41,615 nt of DNA from an uncultured delta proteobacterium (GTDB taxonomy: Bacteria > Desulfobacterota > Binatia > Binatales > Binataceae), in contig CAWCDG010000001.1 in the NCBI GenBank assembly GCA_963794325.1, positions 1 to 41,615 of the forward strand, in the 5' to 3' direction. The first letter of the stretch is position 1. Each line of letters begins with the position of its first letter. Made by a program: the position numbers and the translations under genes. The notes beneath the pieces are model-generated. The model was not told where the DNA came from and made no database searches. It saw only the letters and a list, made by a program, of their open reading frames with translations. Positions 8,593 to 17,934 of the stretch are shown here, one piece after another.

Positions 8593-9536
8593 GTCGTATT
8601 CAGCTGCGACCCGGTGAGTTTGACTCGTCGTTTATAGAGCGGTGGCAACAGCAACGTAATTGCGTCTCTTACTATCTCGACGGAGCCGGGAAGATGGCCC
8701 GCGTATTCGCCATCCACCTGCATGTAGACGCGAGTATCCCGGACCGCAGAGACGTGGAGCTGACGAGCGCGCAGGATGCGCACCCCTTTCATGCCTTGCA
8801 GTCGGTTCCTGACGACGCCGACGAAATACCGCAGGTAGCGCACCGAATTTCGCCCCTCGAACAGCACCACCTCGAACTGGTCATCGAACAGCGAAGTACC
8901 GCGCGCGATCTCCAGATCGCCGCCATAGTTCCGCACCTTGCTCACGAGTGCGAACGAGCAGCGGTATTCGCGTTCATCAATTTTAACCGAGAACTCTTCC
9001 AGGCGGCGGCTCATGAGGCTGAAGGCAGCTATCCAGTAGGCGACCTTACCGAGATTGGTCTTCAGCTGCGCGCTGAGGTTGTAGATCACGCGGGCGTCGA
9101 GGCCGATGCCCGCCATCAACAGGAAATGCCGCCGCGTCGGGCCGCCGTTGTTGAAATCGAGGCGGCCCACCGAAATCCGTTCCGCTGTGTATGTGAGCAG
9201 ATCGCGGGCCGCGGTTTCCAGGTTGGAACTCATACCGGTTTCCGTGGCCAGCACGTTGGCGGTACCTCCAGGCAGGATTCCGAGAGGCACCGCGGAGTGC
9301 ACCATTCCTTCGGCGACTTCGTTAATAGTGCCGTCTCCGCCCGCCGCTACGATCAAACCAACCCCATCGGCGGCCCAATCGCGCGCCAAGGCGACCGCCG
9401 CACCCGGACCGGAAGTGGGAACCAGAGTGGCTTCGTAGCCTCCGTCTGTGAGAATACGCCGGGCGCGTTCAAGCCGGTCAGAGCCTCCCCTCTTCAGCTT
9501 CCCTGCATGGGGATTGTAGATGATGACGCACCTCAC
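8589..9536 (-). CDS. Diacylglycerol/lipid kinase family protein (YegS/BmrU type)
   Basis: Motifs IIYNPHAG, AAGGDGTINEV, PLGILPGGTANVLA, NYGG and QVDGE. Confidence 0.92.
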   Translation of the reverse strand: MRCVIIYNPHAGKLKRGGSDRLERARRILTDGGYEATLVPTSGPGAAVALARDWAADGVGLIVAAGGDGTINEVAEGMVHSAVPLGILPGGTANVLATETGMSSNLETAARDLLTYTAERISVGRLDFNNGGPTRRHFLLMAGIGLDARVIYNLSAQLKTNLGKVAYWIAAFSLMSRRLEEFSVKIDEREYRCSFALVSKVRNYGGDLEIARGTSLFDDQFEVVLFEGRNSVRYLRYFVGVVRNRLQGMKGVRILRARQLHVSAVRDTRVYMQVDGEYAGHLPGSVEIVRDAITLLLPPLYKRRVKLTGSQLNTT

Positions 9537-9597
9537 TCGATGGTCATCCTGACGAAGCGATCAACGCGAGCGGCGGTCATTTGTGGATGGCAACGCT

Positions 9598-10389
9598 TCA
9601 CCGCCCGCTGAAATTCGGATCGCGCTTGGCCATGAACGCCTCCAGGCCTTCCTTGAAATCGCCGGACCGGAACAGCACCAATAGTTGCATCAACACATGA
9701 TGCGTATGCGATTCGAAATCCTCGCTGAGGCCGTGGCGGAACAGCCGCTTCATCGCGCGAATCGCCAGCGGCGCGTTCGCCGCGATCTTCGACGCCCATC
9801 GCGTCGCCTCCGCCATCAATTCTTCATGCGGCACAACTTTGTTCGCCAGACCCAGCTCGACCGCCCGCGCGGGCGCGATGTCGTCGGCGATGAATCCGAT
9901 TTCGCACGCGCGCGCCCATCCCACCAGCCGCGGCAAATACCAGGTGCCGCCGCTTTCGGGCACTATGCCGCGCTTGGCGAACGCGGGCACCAGCTTGGCG
10001 CGATCGCTGATCAGGCGAAGGTCGCATCCGAGCGCGAGATCGAAGCCGTAGCCCGCCGCCGCGCCGTTGATCGCGCAGATAACGGGCAGGTCGATTCGAT
10101 GCAGCGTCACGGTCGGCAGCTCGCGCGTGCTGACATGCGACGCAGTTGGCGCCGCGAGTCCCGCTCCGATGCCACGTCCGGCGGCAGTGTCCTTGAGGTC
10201 GAGACCGCTGCAAAAGCCGCGCCCCTCGCCAGTCAGGATAATCGCGCGGACCTTCGGGTCGCTGTCGAAATCCTTCAGCGCCTCATTCAGACCTTCGAGC
10301 ATCTCGACGCTGATCGCATTCATCCGATCGGGCCGGTTGAGCTTCAAAATTCCCAGGTGATCGGTTTTTTCGACGAGTAGATCGGGCAT
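9598..10389 (-). CDS. Enoyl-CoA hydratase/isomerase family protein
   Basis: Motifs LNRPDRMNA, GFCSGLDL, AINGAAAGYG, RGIVPESGG and LPRLVG; GGAGG RBS before ATG 10389. Confidence 0.93.
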   Translation of the reverse strand: MPDLLVEKTDHLGILKLNRPDRMNAISVEMLEGLNEALKDFDSDPKVRAIILTGEGRGFCSGLDLKDTAAGRGIGAGLAAPTASHVSTRELPTVTLHRIDLPVICAINGAAAGYGFDLALGCDLRLISDRAKLVPAFAKRGIVPESGGTWYLPRLVGWARACEIGFIADDIAPARAVELGLANKVVPHEELMAEATRWASKIAANAPLAIRAMKRLFRHGLSEDFESHTHHVLMQLLVLFRSGDFKEGLEAFMAKRDPNFSGR

Positions 10390-10511
10390 GTGGGTCCTCC
10401 TTCCGAGTCTCAAAACCTATCGCATTGCATCGATCTAGCGAATGATGCGCGATAGAATTTCGGGGCGGAGCCCGCGCGCGACAACGGAGCGCGGCCTTAA
10501 TACTGAAAAAA

Positions 10512-11390
10512 ATGATCAAACATCTCCCGGTATCAGCGTCCGCCGACGAAATCTGCGCAGCGCTCGCCGACGACGGATGCGTCGTTGTCGATCGGGTGGT
10601 CCGTCCCGAAGTCATGGACGAGGTCGCTGATGAGCTGCGTCCGTTTACTGAAAAAACGCCGCTCGGCGCCGACGAGTTCAGCGGACGCCGCACCCGCAGA
10701 ACCGGCGGACTGATCGCGCGCTCGCCAAAGTCCCGCGAACTCGTGATGAATCCCACGGTGCTCGGCGCCGTCGGCAAAATGCTCGGTCATGCGACCAGCT
10801 TTCAACTCCATCTCACGCAGATAATCTCGATCGGCCCCGGCGAACCGGCCCAGACCATTCATCGCGACCAGTGGGCGTTCGACTTCTTCCCGTTCCCGCG
10901 CGGCTACGAGGTCCAGTGCAACACAATCTGGGCGATGACCGATTTCACCGAAGAGAACGGCGCCACCCGCGTGATCCCCGGCAGCAATCGCTTCGACGAC
11001 AAACTGCGATTCACCGAAGCCGACACCGAGCCGGCCGAAATGACCAAAGGGTCGGTGCTCTTCTACACCGGCAGCATCTACCACGCCGGCGGCGCGAACC
11101 GCTCGAAGAACATCCGCACCGGCATCAACATCACCTACAACGTCTCGTGGCTCCGCCAGGAAGAGAATCAATACTTATCGGTACCGCCGGAGGTCGCGCG
11201 CACGCTTCCCGTGGACCTTCTAAGGCTGATGGGCTACCGCCTGGGCGCATACGCACTCGGCTACGTCGACGACACCCGCGACCCAATCGAGGTAGTCCGC
11301 CCCGACCTGGCGCGCAACGGCTTCCGCCCGGTCCTCGAGACGCAAGAATCCGCGAGCTTCCTGAAGCCGCAAGTTCCCGCGCAGAAGTAA
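10512..11390 (+). CDS. Phytanoyl-CoA dioxygenase (PhyH) family Fe(II)/2OG oxygenase
   Basis: HxD motif (IHRDQ), DFTEENGATRVIPGS, distal His (YHAGGAN) and WLRQEENQ. Confidence 0.92.
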   Translation: MIKHLPVSASADEICAALADDGCVVVDRVVRPEVMDEVADELRPFTEKTPLGADEFSGRRTRRTGGLIARSPKSRELVMNPTVLGAVGKMLGHATSFQLHLTQIISIGPGEPAQTIHRDQWAFDFFPFPRGYEVQCNTIWAMTDFTEENGATRVIPGSNRFDDKLRFTEADTEPAEMTKGSVLFYTGSIYHAGGANRSKNIRTGINITYNVSWLRQEENQYLSVPPEVARTLPVDLLRLMGYRLGAYALGYVDDTRDPIEVVRPDLARNGFRPVLETQESASFLKPQVPAQK

Positions 11391-11400
11391 TCCTTCAATT

Positions 11401-11449
11401 CCGGTTCCCCTTCCCACTATGGGAAGGGGTTAGGGGTTAGGTTGCTCGC
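11401..11449 (+). repeat. REP-like palindromic repeat, copy C (stand-alone)
   Basis: CCGGTT-CCCCTTCCC actat GGGAAGGGG-TTAGGGGTTAGGTTGCTCGC, between the convergent phyH-like and hpaB genes; differs from copy A only in the loop. Confidence 0.9.
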
Positions 11450-11460
11450 CGCTCTTATGT

Positions 11461-12906
11461 TCAGTCGGGGCGCTTCAGGAATGCGCGCACTCGTTCTGCC
11501 AGCGGCTTCAGATCGGTGTTATCCACCAGCGCGCTCGCCATCCTGACGGGATCGCCAAAGAAAAAGCGCTCGTAGAGAACCTGGCGGCCGCCGAATGCGC
11601 TGCATGCGACCTCCCACGCCAATCGATAAAGCGCGACGCGCTCTTTGGCGGGAGCGTCCGCGGCGGCGAAGTAGCGCTCGATGTCCGGCAGCTCATTGGG
11701 ATTGGCGAAGTCGGCAGCGGACGGCGTCGCCATCAGAGAGCTCGAGCTGTTGAGCTGGATAATCTCGACCAGCCGCGGATACAGGCGCGGGAAAAGATTG
11801 CGCGCCGTGTCGAGCGGGGCGCGGGCCGGTGTGAATACGCCCCATTTGTCGGGCGCGGCGTCAGCTTCCGCGGCGCGCAGGCACGCGCGCATCGTCTCGG
11901 TGGTCATGATCATTTCGGCCAGCCGCTCGCGAACATGCGGCAACGACATCGCGTCGCTGGCCTCGGCGATTCGCGCCGCCAGTCCCAAAACGAACTCGCT
12001 CTTCGCGACGTTCTTCACAGCCACCTGATGCATCATGTGGACGACGGCGCCGGTCCCCGCATACAGCGCGTTGCATCGCGCGACGTCGCCGCACAGGAAT
12101 ACGCGCTCCCACGGGACCAGCACGTTGTCGAACACTACCACCGCGTCCATCTCGTCGAAGCGCGATGCGAGCGGATGGTCGAAGCGCGAACGGCCCAGGT
12201 CGTAAGTATCGCGGCACAGGAACTTCAGACCTTTGGCGTTGCAGTTGATCGCGAACGACAGCGCGAACGGCTCCGCGGCAGGCTCGGCCTTCAGCACGGT
12301 CGAAGGAAATACGAGCAGCTCCTCCGAGAGCGGCGCGAGCGTCGCGAGCATGCGGCAACCACTCACGACGACGCCGTCGTTGGTCTTCTCGACCAGCTTG
12401 AGCGCGAGGTCGGCGTCGGTATGCCCACTCCAGCCGACGGCGCGGCTCGCGCGCGGGTTGACCAGCGTATGCGTCGCGCACCAATCGTTGTGACGCGCCT
12501 GAATATAGTAGTTCCAGATATTGTCGCCGTGACGTTTATCGCTCTCGGCGAAAAATTCGCGCGCCGCAGCCATCGCCGCCAGACTCACATTCAGGTAGTC
12601 CGGCGTGCGCCCGAGCATCCCGCATCCGAAATCCGCCCAAGTCTTCATCATGCGCGTGCGCTTGCGCAGGTCATCGGCGGTCTTCGGTATGATGAACGAC
12701 ATCCCGGCGCGGCCACCGTCTTCGGTGCGAAAGGTCATCGTCTCGGGATGCTCCATCTGCATGTCGTAGAGCGACGCGACCGAGCGCGCACAATTCGCAA
12801 ACGCGGGATGAGCCGTGACGTCACCAGCGCGAGCGCCGCCGATCCAGATTTCAGCACCGAGCTTTTTCAGCGACGACAGGTAGTTGTTGCCCGAGCGCGC
12901 GCCCAT
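11461..12906 (-). CDS. hpaB: 4-hydroxyphenylacetate 3-monooxygenase, oxygenase component
   Basis: Motifs GMLGRTPDYLN, HTLVNP, RFDEMDAVVVFDNVLVPWERVF and FGGRQVLYERFFFGDP. Confidence 0.88.
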   Translation of the reverse strand: MGARSGNNYLSSLKKLGAEIWIGGARAGDVTAHPAFANCARSVASLYDMQMEHPETMTFRTEDGGRAGMSFIIPKTADDLRKRTRMMKTWADFGCGMLGRTPDYLNVSLAAMAAAREFFAESDKRHGDNIWNYYIQARHNDWCATHTLVNPRASRAVGWSGHTDADLALKLVEKTNDGVVVSGCRMLATLAPLSEELLVFPSTVLKAEPAAEPFALSFAINCNAKGLKFLCRDTYDLGRSRFDHPLASRFDEMDAVVVFDNVLVPWERVFLCGDVARCNALYAGTGAVVHMMHQVAVKNVAKSEFVLGLAARIAEASDAMSLPHVRERLAEMIMTTETMRACLRAAEADAAPDKWGVFTPARAPLDTARNLFPRLYPRLVEIIQLNSSSSLMATPSAADFANPNELPDIERYFAAADAPAKERVALYRLAWEVACSAFGGRQVLYERFFFGDPVRMASALVDNTDLKPLAERVRAFLKRPD

Positions 12907-12907
12907 C

Positions 12908-13795
12908 TCAGATGACCTCGTTGAGCAGTGGCAGGCGCTTCCTGATTCGTTCGGCAGCGTCGGCCGGCGCCATGTACGGCGGCCGCGCAGGACCCATCTC
13001 GATTCCCGTCGCGACCGACGCGGTGACCTTGGTGGTGCCGAGATGGCCGAGCGTTTCCTCGCCGCCGCGCGGGAAACATCGATTGAGCCGCCGCTGAATT
13101 TCTTCGGCGCGCTGGTAGTCGCCGGCCTTGTACGCCTTGAGCAGCGCGACCGCGGCGGGCACCGCGAAAATATTGATGAAGCCGCCGGCCGCGCCGAGCA
13201 TCAGGCCAGCCAGCATTGCGCGAAACGTGTTGTAGATGTCCGCACGGCCATCGACCTCGTCGTACAGCGCCTCGAGATGTTGCAAATCGGTGAGCACTTC
13301 CTTGAACGCGGCGACGCCGGGAATCGTCGCGAGCTTGCCCGCAAACTTCGGCGTGATGTTGAACTTGCTGAGCGCGGGGTTGTGGTAGATGACGACGGGC
13401 AGGTCGCCCGCCTCGGCAATCATGCGGTAATGGCGTTCGACTTCGGCCTCGCCACATCGCCAGTAGTACGGCGGAATCACCTGCTGTGCATCGTAACCAA
13501 GTCGCGCCGCGATTTTCGCGTAACGAAGAGTCTCGAGCGTGGTCGCGCCCGAGGTCATCGCGACGGCAGAGAGATTCGCGCGCTTGCGCGTCTCCTCGAT
13601 CACAATTTCGAACACGCGCGTGCGCTCGGCCTCGTCCATGTGCAGGAACTCGCCGATACTTGGCGCGGCGACGACGCCGTGAGCGCCCGCGGCAATCGCC
13701 CACTGAACTTCGCGCCGCAGCGCGTCCTCGTTGAGCCGGAAGTCGTCGTGAAACGGCGTCACCAGCATCGCCAAAATTCCATGTGCAAGTTTCAA
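12908..13795 (-). CDS. DapA-family class I aldolase, probably an HpaI-type aldolase of the homoprotocatechuate pathway
   Basis: Motifs LVTPF, SIGEF, IPPYY, LPVVIYHNP and Schiff-base Lys in AFKE; TTG start after GGAGG; located inside the hpa cluster. Confidence 0.8.
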   Translation of the reverse strand: MKLAHGILAMLVTPFHDDFRLNEDALRREVQWAIAAGAHGVVAAPSIGEFLHMDEAERTRVFEIVIEETRKRANLSAVAMTSGATTLETLRYAKIAARLGYDAQQVIPPYYWRCGEAEVERHYRMIAEAGDLPVVIYHNPALSKFNITPKFAGKLATIPGVAAFKEVLTDLQHLEALYDEVDGRADIYNTFRAMLAGLMLGAAGGFINIFAVPAAVALLKAYKAGDYQRAEEIQRRLNRCFPRGGEETLGHLGTTKVTASVATGIEMGPARPPYMAPADAAERIRKRLPLLNEVI

Positions 13796-13818
13796 GTGCG
13801 CACCTCCGGCAAATCGCG

Positions 13819-14715
13819 CTAGGCGGCTTCGCGCTCGGCGCCGCTGAAAGAGGGTTGAAAGAGAAAGATTGCCTGGCCGGTTCCGATTGCGGCTTCGTAT
13901 TTTCCGAACTGCTCGCCGCGCCAGGTCCATGAGTCGCCGCCCATCGCGCCGGCCATCGTCATGTAATGCGAGAAGCGGCCTTCGGGCGAGCAATGCGCGC
14001 GGTAGTCGTCGGCGGCGGCGAGCACCGCGTCATGCCGCCCTGCTTTGAACCATTCCATGATTCGTTCGTCGTACAAGCGGTTGGCGGTTGACGCGATGTC
14101 GTCGGGCGAGGCCGACGCGCGGTCGAGAATGTGATCGTAGTCCCAGAACTTGTGCGACATCCCGCCCGAAGCGACGAGCACGACGCGGCGATTCGATTTC
14201 CAGATAGCTTGGCCAATAGCCATTCCGTAGGCCAGGTCGTTTTTCACCGACGCCGTTTGACAGACGCTCAGAGATAGCACGCGGCGGCGCGCCTCATGAT
14301 TGAAATAGTGCATCACGTTGAGCGTCGGATAATGAATCGGCAAGTTACTATGCGCCGACGCGACCGCACGAATCCCCCGCTCCCGCGCCTCCATTTCGAC
14401 TGCACGCGCCAGTTCGGCGTCGCCCCGATAGTCATATTCGAGGTCGTGGAGCATCGCGGGCAGCTCTTCCGATGTATACACACCAGACAGCCGCTCGTGA
14501 GCATTGAGTACATACTCCAAAGTAGAGAACCAGTGAGTATCGATTAATAAGAAGGTGTCGAAGTCGAGATGGCGGAGGCGCTCACGCTCGAGCTTCGGCA
14601 TCGCATCGTAGAAAGTCGTCACGTTGCGGCCCATGTACGCGCGGCGCGCGACTGGATCGGCAATCATCAGGCGCGGCACGTGAGTGGTGAAGACGGTGGC
14701 GACGACCTTACCCAT
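13819..14715 (-). CDS. hpaD: 3,4-dihydroxyphenylacetate 2,3-dioxygenase (LigB-type extradiol dioxygenase)
   Basis: Motifs THVP, IDTHW, GVYTSEELP, YRGDAELA, HYPT, ASGGMSHKFW and PEGRFSHY. Confidence 0.85.
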   Translation of the reverse strand: MGKVVATVFTTHVPRLMIADPVARRAYMGRNVTTFYDAMPKLERERLRHLDFDTFLLIDTHWFSTLEYVLNAHERLSGVYTSEELPAMLHDLEYDYRGDAELARAVEMEARERGIRAVASAHSNLPIHYPTLNVMHYFNHEARRRVLSLSVCQTASVKNDLAYGMAIGQAIWKSNRRVVLVASGGMSHKFWDYDHILDRASASPDDIASTANRLYDERIMEWFKAGRHDAVLAAADDYRAHCSPEGRFSHYMTMAGAMGGDSWTWRGEQFGKYEAAIGTGQAIFLFQPSFSGAEREAA

Positions 14716-16184
14716 CGCGGTCCTCCTCGCCGTATGCGACGCACACGAGTTTCGGCTCGGTCCAGAATTCCATGCTGAAGCGGCCGCCCTGCCGGCCAAG
14801 CCCGCTCATCTTCGAGCCGCCAAACGGGACGCGCAGATCGCGCAGAAAAAAACTGTTGACCCATACCATCCCGGTTTTGATTTTTTCAGCCACCCGCAGC
14901 GCGCGATCAACGTTCGAGGTCCAGACGTAAGCCGCCAGTCCGAAGCGCGTGGCATTGGCGCTGGCGATCGCCTGTTCTTCGTCGTCGAATCGTTCGACGG
15001 TCAGTACCGGTCCGAAGATTTCCTCGGACACAGCGCGCGACTCCGCATCGACACCGTCGAGGATCGTCGGCAGATAGTAAAATCCTCGCGCAGGTTCGGC
15101 CGGCATCTTTCCGCCGGCCAGGACTTTCGCTCCGTTTGCAATCGCATCAGCGACGAACGAATGAACGCGCTCGCGATGCGCCCCCGAAATCAACGGGCCG
15201 TAGTCGGTGCCGTCAGTGAGCGGGTCGCCAATCTTCAGGGTCGCGATTTCGGCTGCAAGGAGATCGAGGAAGTCCGCCGCGATTCGGCTCTCTATCAGCA
15301 ATCGCGATCCCGCGACGCACGATTGTCCCTGGCTGCGGTAGATCGATCGCGCGACGCCCGCCGCGGTGCGCTTCAGGTTCGCGTCGGCGAAGACGAGATT
15401 CGGCGATTTGCCGCCGAGCTCGAGCGTGACGCGCTTGAGCGATTCGGCCTGCCGACGCCATCACCCGCCGCCCGGTCGCGACCCCGCCGGTAAATGCGAC
15501 CGCATCGACGCCGGGATGCGCGACGAGTGCCGCGCCTGCGTCGCCGAGGCCCGGAACGATATTCAGCACGCCCGGTGGCAGGCCCGCCTCGTTCGCGATC
15601 TCGCCGAGTGCGATACACGTCAGCGGCGCGAGCTCTGACGGCTTGAGCACGCAGGTATTTCCGGCCGCAAGGCATGGCCCGAGGTTCCAGGTCGCAAGCA
15701 TTAGCGGCGAGTTCCACGGAATGATAATCGCACCGACGCCGACCGGCGGACGCTGCGTGACGCTCATCAGTTTCAGATCGCGGCCGAGAAATTTCGCGTC
15801 GCTGTCGGCCGCCTCGTGCGTCCAGGTCTGCCCGACCGCGGCAAAGAATCTTAGATTGCGTGCCGCGCGCGCGACGTCGTGATTGACGCACTCCGATACC
15901 GGCTTGCCGACGTCGCGCGCCTCGAGCGTCCCGAGATCGCGCGCGCGCTTTTCGATTCCGTCCGCCAGCTTGTTGAGCACGCCCGCTCGCGCTTCGGCGC
16001 TCATCCGCGGCCACGGTCCGTTATCTGCGGCTTCACGCGCCGCGACGACTGCGCGATTCACATCGTCGTCGCTCGCGCTTGCGACCTGCGCAAATTCGCG
16101 CTCGGTAGCCGGCTCGATGTCCGGGAAACGCGCGGACCCGGCCGCATCGAGGTAGTGTCCGGCGATGAACAATCTGGTTTCCAC
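14708..16184 (-). pseudogene. hpaE: 5-carboxymethyl-2-hydroxymuconate semialdehyde dehydrogenase (ALDH) with a +1 frameshift near 15449 (real lesion or sequencing error)
   Basis: The N-terminal half (PWNSPLM, LKPSE, AFTGG) is in one frame. LELGGKSP, QGQSCVAGSR, EEIFGPV and PFGGSKMSGLGRQGG are in the other. Removing one base in GCA-G-GCC-GAA rejoins them. Confidence 0.85.
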
Positions 16185-16263
16185 TTCGCTCTTCTTGAAG
16201 TCTCGCGGATTCGCTGAAACATAGCAAAACCGCGCGCAGGTGGTATCTCTCCGACGCTTTTCC

Positions 16264-16292
16264 TTGACCCCTGATCGTAACGGCCCTAACCT
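16264..16292 (+). promoter_or_regulatory. Candidate sigma-70 promoter
   Basis: TTGACC-17 nt-TAACCT, 22 nt before GTG 16315. Confidence 0.45.
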
Positions 16293-16314
16293 GCGAACAG
16301 GCGCCGGCTGTACC

Positions 16315-16968
16315 GTGGCTGCATTACCGACCATCATTCCAATATTCCCGTTGCCGAACCTCGTCTTGTTCCCCGGATTGAGCGTGCCGTTGCATATTTT
16401 CGAGCCGCGCTATCGCGAGATGATTGCCGACGTCGCCAATGCGCATGCGATGATCGGGATGACGCTGCTCAAGGGCGATTGGGAAGCCGACTACCAGGGC
16501 TTCCCGGATATTTTCGAAGTGGGATGCGCCGGCAAAATCGAGGGGCTGGTCAAGCTCGCTGACGGCCGCTACAACCTGGTGCTCGAGGGTATCGGCGAGT
16601 TCCGGATCGTTCGCGAAATTCGCGATCGATCGTTTCGGCAGGCGGAAGTGAATTGGTGCCCGGTGCGGCCCGACGCGCTCGACTGCGACGCAGAGACGAT
16701 GGACGCGCTACGCGAGATACTCTTCAGCTACCTGGGAGATGTCGCGCACGAGGCTTGGCGTACCATCGTCGAGCAGCGCGGTTTGCGCGGCGCAGAGCTT
16801 ATCAACTTTCTTTGCTTTCACCTCGACGTTACGCCGCTGGAAAAGCAGACGCTGCTCGAAGCGCTCGCGGACCGCGTCGATTGCCTGCTCGACGTGCTGA
16901 CCTTCAAACTCGAGGAGCGCAAACACGGTCCCGCGGGCCCAAACGGCGGTCCCGACACCGTTCAATAG
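16315..16968 (+). CDS. LON peptidase substrate-binding domain protein (no ATPase or protease domain)
   Basis: Motifs IPIFPLPNLVLFPG, PLHIFEPRYREM, DGRYNLVLEG and EKQTLLE. Confidence 0.9.
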   Translation: MAALPTIIPIFPLPNLVLFPGLSVPLHIFEPRYREMIADVANAHAMIGMTLLKGDWEADYQGFPDIFEVGCAGKIEGLVKLADGRYNLVLEGIGEFRIVREIRDRSFRQAEVNWCPVRPDALDCDAETMDALREILFSYLGDVAHEAWRTIVEQRGLRGAELINFLCFHLDVTPLEKQTLLEALADRVDCLLDVLTFKLEERKHGPAGPNGGPDTVQ

Positions 16969-17092
16969 TCGGTTTCCAACGAGTTGATGCGCGCAGCCGA
17001 CTTATGGCACCCGCGCGACAGAATGCGGTCGTTGTGTGGCCGAATCGTAACGTGTGTCGCACATGAGTCAGCGTGCGCACAAGGTGAGTCCA

Positions 17093-17121
17093 TTTCGCAA
17101 ATTGCGGAATTGTTTGCGAAA
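17093..17121. promoter_or_regulatory. Inverted repeat, candidate upstream activator site
   Basis: TTTCGCAAA-N11-TTTGCGAAA in AT-rich DNA, 105-135 bp upstream of a -24/-12 motif. Confidence 0.5.
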
Positions 17122-17224
17122 AATTAGCTCATTTTGTGAATTTCTCAACATCTGATGATCGGAGTTGCGGTTCATGATGGCTTAACATACTAGCTAAATT
17201 GTATTAGGGCAGTTGCCGCTAAAT

Positions 17225-17241
17225 TCGGCATGATCGTTGCT
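17225..17241 (+). promoter_or_regulatory. Sigma-54 (-24/-12) promoter motif
   Basis: TCGGCATGATCGTTGCT, i.e. GG-N10-GC matching TGGCAC-N5-TTGCW. Confidence 0.65.
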
Positions 17242-17337
17242 TGCTTTCCAGTCGAACGAACGACAGTCGGAATCCCAGCATCGATCGCCTGACCCCGCAT
17301 TCCGGGCGCAGGCACGGTCGGGTGAGGACAAACTAAG

Positions 17338-17778
17338 ATGGAATGGGAAAATAGCGCTCTTGGAAATCTCTTCGTGCCAGACGTCCTGACGCCTGAGCAG
17401 TTCTACGACAGCCGGCGCGACGACAGCACGATCCGCCCGGTCAAAAAGCTGATGATGGCTATCCTGGAGGATGCGCTTCGATGCTTCCAGAATAACGCCG
17501 ACGCCAAGGGCGGACCGCGCAAGCGCCTGTTCAGCGAGGCCGAGCAATGGCTGATTGGCGAAGGCGGAGAAGGCCCATTCTCGTTCGAGACAGTGTGCGA
17601 AACGCTCGGAATCGAGCCGCAATTTCTGCGCAGAGGGCTGCGCGATTGGCGGACTCAGCAGCTAGCCGGCGTATCCACCCGGCGCTTGGCGAGGCGCTCG
17701 CCGGTGGTTCGCAGCGGCCGTATCAGTGCTCCAGCGCGCCGCGACGGGAAGCGGGCTGCGACGGCCAACGCGCGCTAG
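17338..17778 (+). CDS. Conserved hypothetical protein, helical with a basic C-terminus
   Basis: GAGGA RBS; motifs PDVLTPEQF, KKLMMAILEDALRCFQ, EAEQW and FSFETVCETLGIEPQFLRRGL. Confidence 0.8.
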   Translation: MEWENSALGNLFVPDVLTPEQFYDSRRDDSTIRPVKKLMMAILEDALRCFQNNADAKGGPRKRLFSEAEQWLIGEGGEGPFSFETVCETLGIEPQFLRRGLRDWRTQQLAGVSTRRLARRSPVVRSGRISAPARRDGKRAATANAR

Positions 17779-17821
17779 CATGCTTCAGGCGCGATTCGCG
17801 CCAGCATTAAATCTGCACAAA

Positions 17822-17871
17822 TAAAAAGCGGCGCGGCATCTCAAACGAGATGCCGCGCCGCTCGATTTTTT
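17822..17871. terminator. Bidirectional rho-independent terminator
   Basis: 16-bp stem AGCGGCGCGGCATCTC/GAGATGCCGCGCCGCT, flanked by an A run and a T run, between convergent genes. Confidence 0.85.
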
Positions 17872-17934
17872 GGCGCGCGAACGGGCTCAAGCCCCGAGGT
17901 ATTCGCGCGCGTAACGCCCACGCCCTCAGGCTGA

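Noticed and set aside
5764-11449. The 48-bp repeats as a CRISPR array
   Set aside because: Copies are dispersed and inverted, with no regular spacers and no cas genes.
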